Origin: Selaginella moellendorffii
Taxonomy: Eukaryota; Plantae; Lycopodiophyta
Reading direction: 5' to 3'
Length of the DNA stretch: 64,000 nt
Assembly: GCF_000143415.4 (NCBI RefSeq)
Contig: NW_003314314.1
Span: 625,771-689,770, forward strand
Below the pieces are notes generated by a model. It was not told the origin of the DNA, ran no database searches, and worked only from the letters and a program-made list of their open reading frames with translations. Position numbers and translations under genes: made by a program. Below, one piece after another: positions 62,254 to 64,000 of the stretch; the stretch's first letter is position 1; every line of letters starts with the position of its first letter.

Positions 62254-63694
62254 TGTAAGACACAAAATCCCTAAGCCCCAAAGTAGAGCCGAAAGGGTGC
62301 CACGTGGTAGTGGTTGAAGCGAAAGCCAAACGAGCGTAACACGTTTGGACTAAAAGCTCTGACTTGAAGGGTCAAGAGCAGGAGTGGAACTCCTAACAAC
62401 ATACTCAAGGAACAAGCACGAAGCAAGTAATAAGTGAGTCTCTAGAAAAGGGACACGAGATGGACCCGAGATGGAGTCTGAGATGGACCTGAGATGGACC
62501 CAAGATGGAGTCTGAGATGGAGTCCAAAATGGACCCGAGATGGAGTCCGAGATGGACCTGAGATGGAGTTCAAGATGGAGTCCGAGATGGACCCGAGATG
62601 GAGTCCGAGATGGAGTCCAAGATGGACCCGAGATGGAGTCCGAGATGGAGTTCAAGATGGACCCAAGATGGAGTCTGAGATGGAGTCCAAGATGGACCCG
62701 AGATGGACCCAAGATGGAGTCTGAGATGGACCCGAGATGGAGTCCGAGATGGACCTGAGATGGAGTCCGAGATGGAGTCCGAGAAGGACCCGAGATGGAG
62801 TCCGAAGTCGAGATCGAGACTGAGATCGAGACCGAGACCGGGACTGAGACCGAGACCGGGACCGGGACCGAGACCGAGACCGAAGCCGAGGCCGAAACTG
62901 AGCCCAAGTCCGAGTCCGAGTTTGAGTTTGAGTTTGAGTCCGAGTTTGAGTCCGAGTCTGAGTTCGAGTCTGAGGGGGTGAAAGCCCAAAGCGTTCGTCT
63001 CCTAGACCCTGGGGGGTTTGGCAAGCTCTAAAAGTATAGTAGGGGGAGGACTCCAGTGGAGCCAGTTTGGCCAGGAAAGGCTAGTTTGTCCCAAGAAGGC
63101 TGTACCCAGGTGTTGGGTGATGGGATAACCACTAGGAAGTCCAAAACTAGAGTGAATACAAATTGACAAGTGGGGTAGCTTGATGAAGTGTTCAGGAGTC
63201 GGCTCTAGTTCCCTTGGGAGATCGAATGGTCGATGTTCTCAGTCCAAGTGTGGGTGGCACTACCTACTTGGATACCTGGTGTGGCTCAATGGAACCTTGC
63301 TCTAAACCCATGGCTAGAGCACCCAAAGGTGGAAGGCAGGGAGAGTACCCATGGCTCACATAAGGCCATGGTGTTTTGAAATGTTGTCCCAAAGGCCTAA
63401 ACTGTGGAAAGGAAGAGGAGTAGTCCTTCAGTGTAATGACTAAGGATATAATTGGGTGGTGAGGAAGTCCCAGAGGACCATAGGACTTAGTGGTCGGGCT
63501 TGTGGGCCTCGATCCAATGGTAGTGTCGGCGAACATGGCCATGGGCAAAAAGGGACATGGTGAGGACCGGAAAAGGGATATTGGGGAAGGCTATTCCCAT
63601 GTTTGTGGGCATCCTAAGGATGCTAAGGAGTGGATCTAGGATGATCACTCATGGACAGATGACCCAGTCTTTGAGAGACAAGATTGTGATGTAA
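62254..63694 (+). mobile_element. Second copy of the LTR-like repeat, interrupted at 63694
   Basis: Colinear with 56724-57923. Confidence 0.75.
62455..62972. repeat. Minisatellite of 11/12-bp GAGATGGACCC/GAGATGGAGTCC units then 6-bp GAGACC/GAGTCC units; also at 56926-57207 and 63930-64000
   Basis: Directly visible in the sequence. Confidence 0.95.
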
Positions 63695-64000
63695 TGTGAG
63701 ACACAAAATCCCTAGGCCCCAAAGTGGAGCCAGAAAGGTGCCACATGGTAGTGGCCGAAGCGAACGCCAAACGAGCGTAACACGTTTGGACTAAAAGCTC
63801 CGACTTGAAAGGTCGAGAGCAGGAGTGGAACTCCCAACAAAGTGCTCAAGGAACGAGCACGAAGCAAGCAATAAGCGAGGCTCCAAAAAGGGACCCAAAA
63901 AGGACCAACACATGATACGTGGAAGCATCTGAGATGGACCTGAGTTGGAGTCTGAAGTGGAGTCCGAGATGGACCCGAGTTGGAGTCTGAAGTGGAGTCT
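63695..64000 (+). mobile_element. Third copy of the LTR-like repeat (nested insertion, runs off the window)
   Basis: tgtgagacacaaaatccctaggcccc restarts inside copy 2. Confidence 0.75.

Noticed and set aside
62350-63031. SD/ET-repeat ORFs resembling adhesins (also at 56863-57319)
   Set aside because: They are translations of the minisatellite, which is open in several frames on both strands.

Overview
Eukaryotic plant nuclear DNA. Very short GT-AG introns (about 40-60 nt), compact genes, PLS-class PPR genes and many deletion-eroded pseudogenes suggest a lycophyte such as Selaginella (inference, not verified). 1-5 kb holds two decayed copies of a plant alpha-1,6-fucosyltransferase-like (GT23-like) gene. 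5-10 kb is AT-rich decayed transposon DNA, including an IS3EU-like DDE integrase relic. 11-26.4 kb is a tight block of co-oriented minus-strand genes. In coordinate order they are a MEB/VIT1-like membrane protein, an ARM-repeat protein, an intronless PP2C with an Arg/Asp tail, a spliced Fic-domain gene and a SEN1/senataxin-like helicase. The Fic gene has an intact HPFxDGNGRxxR motif followed by a second, degenerate Fic-like domain. 26.5-32 kb has a third fucosyltransferase-like pseudogene, a helicase fragment and an F-box-less propeller gene. 35-44.5 kb has Gypsy and LINE relics and a two-gene Mutator-like element with a ParB-like accessory gene and a central ~107-bp GC-rich array. 45-55 kb has an F-box gene, a TBL pseudogene, two PPR genes, a lectin-like relic and an HSPA12-like pseudogene. 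56.5-64 kb is nested LTR-type repeats. The best candidates for something undescribed are the plant Fic/pseudo-Fic gene with its neighbours and the ParB-like-carrying Mutator-like element. All family assignments come from motif recognition by eye; no searches were run.
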